A stretch of 64,000 nt of DNA, taken from NCBI GenBank assembly GCA_041665285.1, contig JBAYJC010000003.1, positions 65,902 through 129,901 of the forward strand. Reading direction: 5' to 3'. Both the position numbers and the translations under genes were made by a program. The stretch is from Patescibacteria group bacterium. Its GTDB lineage: Bacteria > Patescibacteriota > Patescibacteriia > 2-12-FULL-60-25. Of the stretch, positions 1 through 9,916 are shown piece by piece. The notes under the pieces were generated by a model. The model was not told the origin of the DNA. It saw only the letters and a list, made by a program, of their open reading frames with translations, and made no database searches. The stretch's first letter is position 1; each line of letters starts with the position of its first letter.

Positions 1-555
1 AAACACCCCCGGACGCACTTCTTTCTTCGGCTCCACAATCCCATACCGCTTGGTTCCTGCATCATCTGTTGGCACCACGCCGATCACGGGTTTTTGATAT
101 TCCTCGTACACATCTATCATCTGTTTTACGCGCGGCTGGTCGCCAAGATAGATTTCATCGCCATACACAACCGCAAAAGGCTCATCGCCAATCAAATTGC
201 TCGCATTCAAGACAGGCGTTGCGGTTCCATATGGCCCTTTTTGTCGCACGTAGATAAAATTCGCGAGCTTACTGATCCGACGAATTTCCTCCAAAAGATC
301 AAGCTTCCCCTGCCGCTCCAGCATGCTTTCCAATTCTTCGTTATCATCAAAATGGTCTTCCACCGGACGCTTGGCATGACTTGTCACTAAAATGACATCT
401 GTAATGCCAGACGCGACTGCTTCTTCCACGACATACTGAATCACCGGCTTATCAATAATAGGAAGCATTTCCTTAGGCATGGCCTTTGTGGCTGGCAAAA
501 AGCGTGTGCCAAGACCAGCAACTGGGATGATGATTTTGCGGACAGGTTGTGACAT
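1..555 (-). CDS. galU: UTP--glucose-1-phosphate uridylyltransferase (GalU), 3' end cut by window edge
   Basis: Reverse translation from ATG at 555 gives MSQPVRKIIIPVAGLGTRFLPATKAMPKEMLPIIDKPVIQYVVEEA..., the canonical GalU N-terminal nucleotide-binding loop. The frame stays open to position 1 (185 codons). Confidence 0.85.
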   Translation of the reverse strand, partial: MSQPVRKIIIPVAGLGTRFLPATKAMPKEMLPIIDKPVIQYVVEEAVASGITDVILVTSHAKRPVEDHFDDNEELESMLERQGKLDLLEEIRRISKLANFIYVRQKGPYGTATPVLNASNLIGDEPFAVVYGDEIYLGDQPRVKQMIDVYEEYQKPVIGVVPTDDAGTKRYGIVEPKKEVRPGVF

Positions 556-567
556 AGGTTTGTTTTA

Positions 568-1431
568 TTATAGCGCTAACAGAGCCATTCCGATAAGGAG
601 CCCTGCGCACCCGGCGATCTTAGTCCATAAATGGCGTTCATGGAAATACTCCCGGCCCGAAACAATGGACCAGACCACAGAAAGAGAGCGTTTGAGTGCC
701 ATGACAACACTTGCCTGCAAAAAGAGAAACGCATAGTTTTCTACGATAGAAGCTATGCCAAGTGCGGCAGATTGCGCCAAAACAAGCGGCTTCCGCGCAT
801 GGAAAAACGGCCGCTCTTTGGCACGAGTAGCCACAAGAAACATCACAAAGGCCATAGACGCGTAGCTGATCAGCGAAACTGCCGCGACTCCATTGCCATG
901 CGAGACAAGATATTTGAAAATCGTGGTCGTGATCGCACCATTTACCGCAGAAAATATCGCCCACCAAATACCCCGGCGCTCAATCCCATGGTTCTTGTAC
1001 AAGAGAAACATGGTGGCTGTGATGATGAGGATCCCTGCAATCCGCTGAAAAGAGACGTTGTAGCCAAGAAGCGCATCGAACAAAAGCACGAGCGGGATTG
1101 TGCCTGTACGTACAAAACCAAAGGTGGTTCGTGATGCGCGAGAAAGGGCATGAACCGTTAAGAATGATTGCGCAACATTCAAGATCGTCAGGAAAAGGAC
1201 AAGTCCAAGATGAGAAACAACCAAGCTTCGCTCTGACGCATACAGAAAAAATGGCACGAGCAAAAAGGGAATCGCTTGAAAGCTATTCACAAATCCAATC
1301 GTATTCACGCCCTCCATGCGACGCCGCACGGCAAATTTTCCGATCGTCAAAGAAACTTCCTCGCACAAGGTGCCAAATAAAAGGAGGAACACTCCAAACA
1401 TGAGGCCATGATAGCGCAGAGAGGCTGTCAC
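568..1431 (-). CDS. EamA/DMT-superfamily-like 10-TM transporter
   Basis: 287-aa ORF, hydrophobic throughout with about 10 predicted helices and a duplicated 5-TM layout typical of EamA permeases. Confidence 0.55.
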   Translation of the reverse strand: MTASLRYHGLMFGVFLLLFGTLCEEVSLTIGKFAVRRRMEGVNTIGFVNSFQAIPFLLVPFFLYASERSLVVSHLGLVLFLTILNVAQSFLTVHALSRASRTTFGFVRTGTIPLVLLFDALLGYNVSFQRIAGILIITATMFLLYKNHGIERRGIWWAIFSAVNGAITTTIFKYLVSHGNGVAAVSLISYASMAFVMFLVATRAKERPFFHARKPLVLAQSAALGIASIVENYAFLFLQASVVMALKRSLSVVWSIVSGREYFHERHLWTKIAGCAGLLIGMALLAL

Positions 1432-1470
1432 GTCACGAAATAAATGCCCCGCAGAATGCAGGGCAGAGTG

Positions 1471-2412
1471 TTACCAGGCGTTTTCGTCTTCTGCTTCGCA
1501 GACCGCACGCCTTCCGTCTGGAGCGCAGACGGTTCGCGCAGGTCGGTCCGGTGCACGCGGGTCTGTGCAGGAGAGACCTGTGTCAAACCCTTCGTCGGTT
1601 TCGTCGTCGCAGTCATTGTCGCGCTCGTCGCAGAGCTCTTCGGCCCCAGGACGGATCGCGGGATTGTGATCGTCGCAATCCTGCGGCAAATGCACGCCAT
1701 CGCCATCCCAATCTTCTGTTTGCCGCGCGAGCGCCTCTTCGGTCGGACAGCGCGCAAAGTCCTCGGCCGTGAGCACCGCGCCCACGCGTCCCAACTGCGC
1801 GAGCTCTGCCGAAGAAAGGCGCAAAGCCTCTTCCGGACGATACCCCGCAGACCTGGCAACAGCCTCGCTCACGAACGGACGAAACGCGTTGTCCAGCGCG
1901 TAGAACAGGCGACCGTCGCTCTGGATGAGCGTTCCGCTCGGCACAGGCATGGCAATGCCCTCGCGATACTGCGCAAGCTCTTCGAACGTGAGCGTGCGCG
2001 CCGTGGAAGGGTCATCTCCCCAGGCCTCCATGACACGCAGATGTGCAGGACGACGTGCGCGCTGGATTTCGTCCGCGTACCAATACGCGCCGCTCGATTG
2101 CACGAGCGCGATCCACTCCTCGCGACCTACCCATGTCGCGTCGCTCGGACGCAAGCACGTGGCCTCATCATCCGTAAGCATGATGGGCGTCTGCCGACGA
2201 AAGCGCTGAGCCGCAGGAGAAGCCGGATCAAGCGGCACACGCGTGGGCCACGATCCCGCGACCCACAGGTGGCCATCGCGATCCTGCAAGAGCGTGCCGT
2301 ACGGATGCGACCGCACGGAAATCCGCGCCTCAGCAGACGCTGTTTCCGCACCAGCCGGACTCGCGCACGCCACAACCAACACCAGGCACAAACAAGCGAT
2401 GATGTACCTCAT
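1471..2412 (-). CDS. Secreted lipoprotein with C-terminal Cys-rich CDxxDNDCDxxxDE (MopE-like metal-binding) motif
   Basis: ATG at 2412 is preceded by AAGGGAG. Signal peptide plus lipobox (LVVAC). C-terminus reads DCDDHNPAIRPGAEELCDERDNDCDDETDEGF. GC-rich block. The antisense ORFs look like GC artefacts. Confidence 0.6.
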   Translation of the reverse strand: MRYIIACLCLVLVVACASPAGAETASAEARISVRSHPYGTLLQDRDGHLWVAGSWPTRVPLDPASPAAQRFRRQTPIMLTDDEATCLRPSDATWVGREEWIALVQSSGAYWYADEIQRARRPAHLRVMEAWGDDPSTARTLTFEELAQYREGIAMPVPSGTLIQSDGRLFYALDNAFRPFVSEAVARSAGYRPEEALRLSSAELAQLGRVGAVLTAEDFARCPTEEALARQTEDWDGDGVHLPQDCDDHNPAIRPGAEELCDERDNDCDDETDEGFDTGLSCTDPRAPDRPARTVCAPDGRRAVCEAEDENAW

Positions 2413-2623
2413 GACCAACTCCCTTTTCGGATCGCCAACACTCTTTCATGAGTCCGACGTCCTTCTCTACTGCGTTCCACAAAACCACATTCTTGTCCAG
2501 AGGATAAGTCCTGGGCAGGCTCCCCAGAACAGAAACGTGTCAAATCCACAGTGACTCCCTTGACAAAATGGCTCAAATCGGTAGACTCCACGTGGAGTTC
2601 ATCCACGACAAGGAAGGTTCCTC

Positions 2624-3526
2624 ATGATCAAAAACAGGGAATTGCGACGATCTGGTGACCCGCACGCGTGGTGGCCGATCGTGGCCATCGTGCTCATGGT
2701 GGGAGGGCTCATCGCCTTTTGCCGTGCCAAGCACGCGACCAAGGCAGAGGCGGCTGTACAGCCCATTGGCTGGGAGCTCGCGGATACGCTCCTCACGCGT
2801 CGCGACGCCTACAAGCTCGTGATCGGCACGGGCGACTTCCCTGCCTGGCGTCCGTTCCGCCGGAGCTACTTCGTGGAGCTCAAGCAACGGCGCGACGCTG
2901 TCATCCGCTGGGCAAGCTCGCAGACCACCCAGCCGACCATCGTCTTCCTGGGGAACGTGCACCGAGCTCTCGGGTCTTCTAGCATCGAGGCGCATGTGCG
3001 GCGGTCTCAGGCCGAGACGTTCGAGCGCCTGCAAACAGAGGCGCGCAATGCCCAAGTGATCGCCTTTGAGCAGAGCGGCACGGACGAGGTGGTGACGCCC
3101 GCGGTCTGGTTCGAGATCACAAAGCGGTTCATGCGCGAGCGCAACGTCTTTTTGCCGGACCAGACCATCCGCCAGATCATGGCAGAGGATAACCAGGCGG
3201 CATCGCGCGCCATCGCAACGCTCAGCTCTCCGCCGGTGATCTGCGGGGAGGAGTGGCCCATCTATCTCGGCATACACCTCCAGGAGGTGTACGAGTCCAT
3301 CCCCCGTAACGGACAGCGTGCCGCGAATCAGCTGTTCCGTTTCCTCATCAGCCTGCGCTCGGAGATCGCCCTCATCCGCACGCTCGAGTTTCTCCAGCGC
3401 ACGCACGGCACCCGCGGCATCATCATCCAGGGCGCGCTTCACGGACGCGATCTCGAGCGAGTCGCGAACACCTACCACATCACCCTGCGCGTCCTGCAAC
3501 CCACCGTCCCCCACGCTACCGAGTAA
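2624..3526 (+). CDS. Hypothetical membrane-anchored protein
   Basis: RBS AAGGAAGG lies upstream of the ATG. One N-terminal TM helix (WWPIVAIVLMVGGLIAF). Amino-acid composition looks natural, unlike the Arg/Asp-rich antisense ORF 2573-3631. Confidence 0.55.
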   Translation: MIKNRELRRSGDPHAWWPIVAIVLMVGGLIAFCRAKHATKAEAAVQPIGWELADTLLTRRDAYKLVIGTGDFPAWRPFRRSYFVELKQRRDAVIRWASSQTTQPTIVFLGNVHRALGSSSIEAHVRRSQAETFERLQTEARNAQVIAFEQSGTDEVVTPAVWFEITKRFMRERNVFLPDQTIRQIMAEDNQAASRAIATLSSPPVICGEEWPIYLGIHLQEVYESIPRNGQRAANQLFRFLISLRSEIALIRTLEFLQRTHGTRGIIIQGALHGRDLERVANTYHITLRVLQPTVPHATE

Positions 3527-3570
3527 ACACGGTCCTGTTTCTCGGTTTTTTCTTTTCCGTGTTTGGAGTT

Positions 3571-3605
3571 CGGATCTGATACGTATCAGATCCGTATCAG
3601 ATCTC
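3571..3605. repeat. GATC-palindromic repeat, copy 1 (ATCAGAT/ATCTGAT units)
   Basis: cGGATCTGATACGTATCAGATCCGTATCAGATCTc. GGATCTGATAC/GTATCAGATCC is a perfect palindrome. Related copies at 13893, 43778 and 44188. Confidence 0.7.
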
Positions 3606-3647
3606 AACTTCTTTGACCTCAAAAGACGCATCGCCTAGCATAGGCGC

Positions 3648-5402
3648 ATGTCTCCTCGTCTTTGGGTTCGTTCGCATTGGCCTGCACTCCTTGTCGCATT
3701 CCTCGTGGGTCTCTATTCCGCGTGGCCGCATCTGCGCTTTTTCTTTGTGGCAGGCGACCAGTTTCAAGGAATCATAGGCGCATGGAATGGCGACTGGCTC
3801 TACTATGTGGCACGCATGCGGGACATTCTGGACGGGCATTGGTCTGCGGCGCATGTCTACGCATGGGAGCATAAGGACGCAGTGAATCCACAACTACCTG
3901 TTGCCGAGGCGTTTATTGCTGGAGCAAGTGCTCTCTTTCATATTCGCCTCCCCATTTTCCAAGCGTTCCTTGATTTTGTTGCACCAACGACTATTGCGGC
4001 CGCTTTCTACGCGCTTCTCTTTCAACTTTCCCGTAATCGCCTCTTCTCTGCCCTTTCCACACTTCTCCTCTTCACCATCGTCTCAAACGGACTCGGTAAA
4101 CCTATCCATCCGCAAATCAGCATGCCCATTCTCCTGCCCTTTCTCGTGAGCTGGATGATCATGCTCAACCGCTTTGAACGCCGCGAGAAATTCCCGGCCC
4201 TCTGGTTTGTGATTGCCGCGGTATGCTTTGGTGCCTCTTTTCTTATCTATTTCTTTTCTTGGGCCTTTCTTGTCGTGGTGATCGGCACGTTCATTGGGCT
4301 TCAGCTCCTCCAGCGACGTTTTCGCCTTGCTGGCAGTCATGTCGCTCTCATGGGTATTGCCGGCGTGATTGGCGCGCCATACTTTATCGCGCAATGGATT
4401 GCCTCGCACAGCTCCTCGCAAGCGGAAATGTTCGTGCGACTTGGCCTTTTTCACTCTCACATGATCGAGACAATCCCGCGGACAGGCGTTGCGCTCCTTG
4501 GTCTGGGGTTTTTTGTGCTTTTTCTCTCTCGCGAACGTCTCTGGCATGACTTTCGCGGACAAGCAGTGCTCAGCTTGCTCATAGCAAATGTCGTCTTCCC
4601 TAATCATCAGGTCATCACAGGCATGATCATGCAAAACGCCGTGCACTGGTCATTTATGCCTGTCCTGCTTTATGCGATCGCTAGCGCTTATGTGCTCGGC
4701 CATGTCTCGCGCACGCCGTTCTTTCTTCGTTCGCGTGAGCAATGGGCTTTTGTCGGGGCTTTTGTCGGCTTGATTGTCTTCCCCGCGTATCGTCTCCAGA
4801 CCTTCAACGGGCCGCTCTACACTCCTGCGAAAGAAGCCCAGGCGCTTTCTTGGCAACGTTACGCTCCCCTGTTCGCGTTTCTTGAGGAGAAAACGCCACG
4901 GGATTCCGTGATCTTCGCAAATGAAAACCTTTCAAAACTCATTCCTGCGTACACACATAACAATGTGTACTACGTCTGGGATATGTTCTATCTGCCGGGA
5001 AGCGACGAGGAGGTCATGCAACGCTATCTTTGTAGTCGCATCAACATGGATCGCACGTTTTTCCAAGATCCGACGCTTGGCATCACACCAAACAACCGGC
5101 CTCTTTGGACACAGCCAGGAGCAACAGAGATGAATGTCCACGCAAACGCACGTCGGCTAGGTTTTTCTACGCAAGATACGTATACCGTGAAACGAGAAAT
5201 CGCTTTCGCGCAACGTATCGCGGAAAATATCAAAACGCGCGCCTGGACTTGCGAGTATCTTGTAGGCACACAAACAAAAGTGCGTTTGGACTATGTTATC
5301 TGGGACCAAAAAACTAATCCTGACTGGAATCTGTTCAACACATCTAAGCTTATCGAGATCTTCCGCAAAAATGACGTTGTCCTCTATCAGGTGTTGACCT
5401 AA
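3648..5402 (+). CDS. Large polytopic membrane protein (possible GT-C/ArnT-like glycosyltransferase)
   Basis: 584-aa ORF with more than 10 hydrophobic helices followed by a soluble C-terminal domain. The functional call rests on architecture only. Confidence 0.5.
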   Translation: MSPRLWVRSHWPALLVAFLVGLYSAWPHLRFFFVAGDQFQGIIGAWNGDWLYYVARMRDILDGHWSAAHVYAWEHKDAVNPQLPVAEAFIAGASALFHIRLPIFQAFLDFVAPTTIAAAFYALLFQLSRNRLFSALSTLLLFTIVSNGLGKPIHPQISMPILLPFLVSWMIMLNRFERREKFPALWFVIAAVCFGASFLIYFFSWAFLVVVIGTFIGLQLLQRRFRLAGSHVALMGIAGVIGAPYFIAQWIASHSSSQAEMFVRLGLFHSHMIETIPRTGVALLGLGFFVLFLSRERLWHDFRGQAVLSLLIANVVFPNHQVITGMIMQNAVHWSFMPVLLYAIASAYVLGHVSRTPFFLRSREQWAFVGAFVGLIVFPAYRLQTFNGPLYTPAKEAQALSWQRYAPLFAFLEEKTPRDSVIFANENLSKLIPAYTHNNVYYVWDMFYLPGSDEEVMQRYLCSRINMDRTFFQDPTLGITPNNRPLWTQPGATEMNVHANARRLGFSTQDTYTVKREIAFAQRIAENIKTRAWTCEYLVGTQTKVRLDYVIWDQKTNPDWNLFNTSKLIEIFRKNDVVLYQVLT

Positions 5403-5422
5403 CCTCTCCGTGCCTCTATTTT

Positions 5423-6355
5423 ATGCGCATGCAAAAGAAAACGATTCTCGTCACAGGAAGCAGTGGCACCATTGGCACGCGCCTGTGTGAAAAGCTTCTC
5501 GAACAAGGCCATCGCGTGATTGGCGCAGATATTCGCAAGAATAAATGGAACCCAACCATCGACAAGCTGACAATCCGCGTAGATTTGCGTAATCGCGTCC
5601 AAACGCTAAAGAAACTCCCAGCAAAAGTTGACCTCGTGATCCATCTTGCGGCCAATGCGCGCGTGTTCAACCTGGTCGTTGACCCAACCATGGCACGCGA
5701 TAACATGGAAATGACGTTCAATGCGCTGGAATACGTTCGCACCAACAAAATCAAGGGCTTTATGCTCGCTTCTTCTCGCGAGGTGTACGGAAACACGGGA
5801 CATTCTACGCACGCAGAGCATGAAGTGGACATCAATTGTTGCGAAAGTCCGTACACAGCCTCAAAACTCGCAAGCGAAGCGCTCGTTTGGGCCTATTACC
5901 GTTGCTATGGCTTACCGTTTGTCATCTTCCGCTTCTCCAATGTCTACGGCATGTACGATGACAGCGACCGCGTGGTTCCCCTGTTCATTGGTTTGGCGAA
6001 AAAGCACGCAGACATTGTCGTATTTGGCAAAGACAAAGTTCTCGACTTTACCTACATTGATGACACGGTCGGCGGCATTCTTCTCGCGGTCGAAAAATTC
6101 GGCAAAGTAAACACGCACGTGATGAACCTCGCCTGTGGACGCGGCACATCCATCATGCGCGTGGCAGAGATTATCAAGAAAAAGATGGGCGCGCGGTCAA
6201 AGATCAGCGCCAAAGGCAACCGTACAGGCGAAGTCATCAAATACATCGCAGATATCAAACACGCAAAAAAGCATCTCGATTACAAACCCGTCACATCCAT
6301 TGAAAAAGGCATTGACCTTTCGATCGCGTGGTATTTGAAACATTTGTACAAATAA
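5423..6355 (+). CDS. NAD-dependent epimerase/dehydratase (extended SDR, UDP-sugar 4-epimerase-like)
   Basis: N-terminal VTGSSGTIG Rossmann motif and catalytic YTASK (YxxxK). Confidence 0.8.
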   Translation: MRMQKKTILVTGSSGTIGTRLCEKLLEQGHRVIGADIRKNKWNPTIDKLTIRVDLRNRVQTLKKLPAKVDLVIHLAANARVFNLVVDPTMARDNMEMTFNALEYVRTNKIKGFMLASSREVYGNTGHSTHAEHEVDINCCESPYTASKLASEALVWAYYRCYGLPFVIFRFSNVYGMYDDSDRVVPLFIGLAKKHADIVVFGKDKVLDFTYIDDTVGGILLAVEKFGKVNTHVMNLACGRGTSIMRVAEIIKKKMGARSKISAKGNRTGEVIKYIADIKHAKKHLDYKPVTSIEKGIDLSIAWYLKHLYK

Positions 6356-6362
6356 CCATTTT

Positions 6363-6387
6363 AAAATCACCCTAACGGTGATTTTTT
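6363..6387 (+). terminator. Rho-independent terminator
   Basis: ATCACC-ctaac-GGTGAT hairpin followed by a T-run. Confidence 0.6.
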
Positions 6388-6618
6388 GTTTGTTGTTTTA
6401 TTTTCGTTACCTTTCGTCCTTTTCGAAGTCTGAGCAAGGACTCATCAGTGCCAGCATCACTGGCAGAGGTAGCGGGAGATGGACAGAACATCTCCCCTAG
6501 TTTTTGTGTTGATCTCCTATCTGTCTTGCTCGTGCGGAGCTAGGAGATTTTTGAATGTGCCAATGAACGAACCGACTCGCCTCCTTTCTTTCTTTCTTTG
6601 CTTACTGCTCCTCGCTTG

Positions 6619-7155
6619 CTACTGCGCCGAGAGCTCGTCCTGGATGGCCCATCCGGCGTCCTCGCGGAGCTCCACGACCGCGGCCTTCATCGCGCCGCTT
6701 GCCGCGACCGTAAGGAAACCGTTGCGGTAGTAGTACCCGCCCATCTGGCCGGGATAGTAGTACCAGCTTCCCTCCCCTTCCACCAGCGCCCTGATACAGG
6801 CGGTGCGGGCGGCCTGCCGGCTCGCCTCGCGAGCGCGGGCGTTGGCGCGGGCGGCGACGAAGCGCCGCTCAGCCTCATCATAGGGGGTGACACTCAGCCA
6901 TCCCTCCTCGTCCAGGGTGGCCACGAGGCGGCCCTGGATGCTGAGGTATCGCTTCCCGTGGCGGTCCTCCCCGACGAACGTCGCCCCGTCCACCCCCCAA
7001 TGGGCGGCAATGAGAGCGTCCCTCAGCTCGTCGTAAGCCGCGTTCATCAGCGCCTTCGCGGGGATGAATGCCTCGCTCTGCCAGTGGATACCCATGAGCA
7101 GAGTATGAGCCGACCGCGCCGCCGCCACGAGACTCGCAAGCGTGTTCCTCTTCAT
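6619..7155 (-). CDS. Hypothetical protein (GC-rich block)
   Basis: ATG at 7155 is preceded by GAGGAA. 178 aa with natural-looking composition. The overlapping + strand ORF is Arg/Pro-rich and looks like an artefact. Confidence 0.5.
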   Translation of the reverse strand: MKRNTLASLVAAARSAHTLLMGIHWQSEAFIPAKALMNAAYDELRDALIAAHWGVDGATFVGEDRHGKRYLSIQGRLVATLDEEGWLSVTPYDEAERRFVAARANARAREASRQAARTACIRALVEGEGSWYYYPGQMGGYYYRNGFLTVAASGAMKAAVVELREDAGWAIQDELSAQ

Positions 7156-7533
7156 TGTGCGTTCCTCTGGGTGGTTAGCCCGCTCACTTGTATCTCGTTT
7201 TTAGCGAGACTGATCTGTTACCCATCTTTCGGGGGTGCTGAGTGAGTCAGCGTTCCAGATCATGTTTTCAGAGAACTTTCGCGCAAAAGCCTTTTCAAGC
7301 TTTTACTAGAAAGAAGTATAGCATGAAAAGCACTCCTTGTCAAGAGTGCCTGGTGCTACCTTAGCTGAAGTTAGCCATTTTATTGATATTGCTTGGCTAA
7401 AATAAGCAACAATGTCGCATATTGCTTTACACTTTATGCTTTTTGTTCAAAAAACCTCGCGTACGTCATTTTGTTTGACTTTCCTTTACAACCTTGGTTT
7501 TCTTAGAAGACGGACAAGAAAGGAACTGCCAAC

Positions 7534-8580
7534 ATGCCTCATCGAGAATACTCCCCAAGCGGACCACGGATTGTGGTCATCGGTGGTGGAACTGGGACGT
7601 CTACCATGCTCACGGGGCTCAAGCGCTACCCCGAGTTGCAACTGTTCGCCATCCCTTCCGGGGCGGACAATGGCGGCTCGACGGGCATTTTGCGCGATGA
7701 GCTCGGCGTACTCCCGCCTGGAGACTTTCTCCAGTGTCTCTGCGCGCTGGCCACGGACGAGCGTCTCCGACAAGTGATTGCCTTTCGATTCGCCACAGGC
7801 ACCTTCGAAGGTCACACCGTAGGGAACGTCCTTCTCGCGGCTCTGGAAAAGGTGTGTGGTGATCCGCTTCTCGCCGCAAGCGAGGCGCATCGTATCTTCC
7901 AGGTGCAAGGCCGCGTGATCCCTGTATCCGCGTGCGCATCAAACCTGTACGCGGAGCTGGAGGACGGTACGGTGATCGAAGGCGAACACGCCATTGACCA
8001 ACCTACCGGGGAACGCAAACCCATCAAGCAGTGCTTTCTCAGCCCGCCATCCCAGGCCACGACCGAGGCCATCACGACTCTGCGTCGGGCGCATGCCATT
8101 CTCTTTGGCCCGGGTGATTTGTTCACCAGTAGCATTCCCCCGCTCTTGGTGGACGGCGTTGGTGATGCGATCGCTGAATGCCGTGGGCATCGCATCCTCA
8201 CCGTAAACCTCATGACCAAGCGGGGCGAAACCGAATACTACACGGCGCAGAGATTCTGCGACGTGATCAATCAGTACATCGCGCCCGCCAAGATCAACGC
8301 GGTGATCGTGAACAACGCTCCTCTGCCCGAAGCCATCTTGGCAGAGTACGCAAAAGCCGGTGATCAACCCGTGCAAGACGATCTCGGCGACTCTGCGCCG
8401 TTCCTGGTGCATCGCGCGCCCCTCATCAGCGGACGACCGACTGCGCCGGTGCGTGGCGACCGTGTGCGACGCTCGCTCTTGCGCCATGACCCGCACCTTC
8501 TGGCCACGGCTGTGCTCGCAGTGCTTCAAGCACTCTCTGCGCGAGACAACCAGCCACTCACCACTGTATCGCCGTCATAA
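7534..8580 (+). CDS. YvcK/CofD-family protein (gluconeogenesis factor-like, UPF0052)
   Basis: Family hallmarks VVIGGGTGTSTMLTGLK, ADNGGSTGILRD, PPGDF..CL.AL and GPGDLFTSS. Confidence 0.8.
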   Translation: MPHREYSPSGPRIVVIGGGTGTSTMLTGLKRYPELQLFAIPSGADNGGSTGILRDELGVLPPGDFLQCLCALATDERLRQVIAFRFATGTFEGHTVGNVLLAALEKVCGDPLLAASEAHRIFQVQGRVIPVSACASNLYAELEDGTVIEGEHAIDQPTGERKPIKQCFLSPPSQATTEAITTLRRAHAILFGPGDLFTSSIPPLLVDGVGDAIAECRGHRILTVNLMTKRGETEYYTAQRFCDVINQYIAPAKINAVIVNNAPLPEAILAEYAKAGDQPVQDDLGDSAPFLVHRAPLISGRPTAPVRGDRVRRSLLRHDPHLLATAVLAVLQALSARDNQPLTTVSPS

Positions 8581-8699
8581 TCTGGGGTTGACGGCTCCGG
8601 CAAAAGGTGGCACGTTGGTAGTACTAGTCCTTTCTTCCCTCCTCCCCTCAAGGCTCACGGCGTTTATTGCCCCCAAACAGACGCCGACATAAGCCCGCA

Positions 8700-8726
8700 G
8701 AACGCCCACTGGCGTTCATTTTTTTA
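8700..8726 (+). terminator. Rho-independent terminator
   Basis: GAACGCC-cact-GGCGTTC followed by ATTTTTTT. Confidence 0.6.
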
Positions 8727-8776
8727 CGCAAAATCACAAAAACCGAGACGATCGCTCTTCCCTTGTGCGTTTCTCC

Positions 8777-9853
8777 CTACAGGGACTTTGCCTGCACAAA
8801 CTCCTCAATGATTTGATAGATCTCCTCCGGCCTCTGCTTACTCCCTTCTTCGCGAGGAGAACCAATGATCGTGTCGCCACCACCCCAACAACGCGGCGGC
8901 TGTAGCGTTCCCTCGCGTTCATTCAAAATAGTGACAAGCTCTGGGAGCAACAGATGACGTTGCCAGGCAGAATTGCGCCCAATGGTGTAGCGATAGCGCG
9001 TTTCTCCTTCATCATTTTTGTATTCGACAAACGAGCAGTACGCAGAAATACCCTCCATCGCCATTTGCAGACGTGCGTTTTGCCCCTGAAACTTCACCAT
9101 GGACCATCCTGAACCATTACGAATAACTTCGTAGCGACCATCAAACGGTTTGCGTTCTTGTTTTCCATCCAAAAACGCGAGGATGCGCTTTTGAATGAGG
9201 TCAATCACACCCTGCATCTCCTCTGCACTCATGCGCGGGATTTTTCCGGAAAGCGCAGGTTGTTCATACGGTTCAAATACCCAGTTGATCTGCTCGATAA
9301 AGTTGCGATCAAACTGTTTTGGTAAACGACAAAACCCACCGCTAATATCCATGGCATCTTCATACGCCACCAACTTGGCAAATAATGGATGCTCGAGCAT
9401 CTCGGGGTCCTTGAGAGCAAGACGGAGAATCGCGACCGCTGTGGAAACATCCTGATCGCAATCTTCAAGATCAATGTGAAGCTCTTCCACACCTTTCAAG
9501 ACCGCCAACATATCCATAAACTGGATCTCAAACATCATCTGCCCGCATGTTGAGCGTGTGGACGAACGGTCTACGCCTTCATGGTGGTTGAAATTTGCTA
9601 TGCCATGCTCTGGGTCACGTTGCGTAGGACCAATCACACGGCCGTCTAGAGCCAACCAAAGGCGTTTTGCTTTACCATTTGCTTGATCAAGCCGCTCATT
9701 TTCTGCCAAACATCGCTCACGATATTCCTCCCAATTCTTAAACTTTTTGCGCGGCTCAATATCTAAACTCACCTGCACGCGCTCATGAAGCTCTTGCACT
9801 TTAGGCATAGGAGGAATTTGAGGAGGTTCGTGAAAAGACGGCGACTCTTTCAT
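8777..9853 (-). CDS. Hypothetical protein
   Basis: Long ORF. The first ATG is at 9853 (MKESPSF...). The track start at 9901 is a TTG and would abut arfB. Confidence 0.5.
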   Translation of the reverse strand: MKESPSFHEPPQIPPMPKVQELHERVQVSLDIEPRKKFKNWEEYRERCLAENERLDQANGKAKRLWLALDGRVIGPTQRDPEHGIANFNHHEGVDRSSTRSTCGQMMFEIQFMDMLAVLKGVEELHIDLEDCDQDVSTAVAILRLALKDPEMLEHPLFAKLVAYEDAMDISGGFCRLPKQFDRNFIEQINWVFEPYEQPALSGKIPRMSAEEMQGVIDLIQKRILAFLDGKQERKPFDGRYEVIRNGSGWSMVKFQGQNARLQMAMEGISAYCSFVEYKNDEGETRYRYTIGRNSAWQRHLLLPELVTILNEREGTLQPPRCWGGGDTIIGSPREEGSKQRPEEIYQIIEEFVQAKSL

Positions 9854-9916
9854 ACCGCGCCATTGTACGCAACAAGACAACAGAAGCAAAGCGCGATACA
9901 ATACTCATGGCATCTC

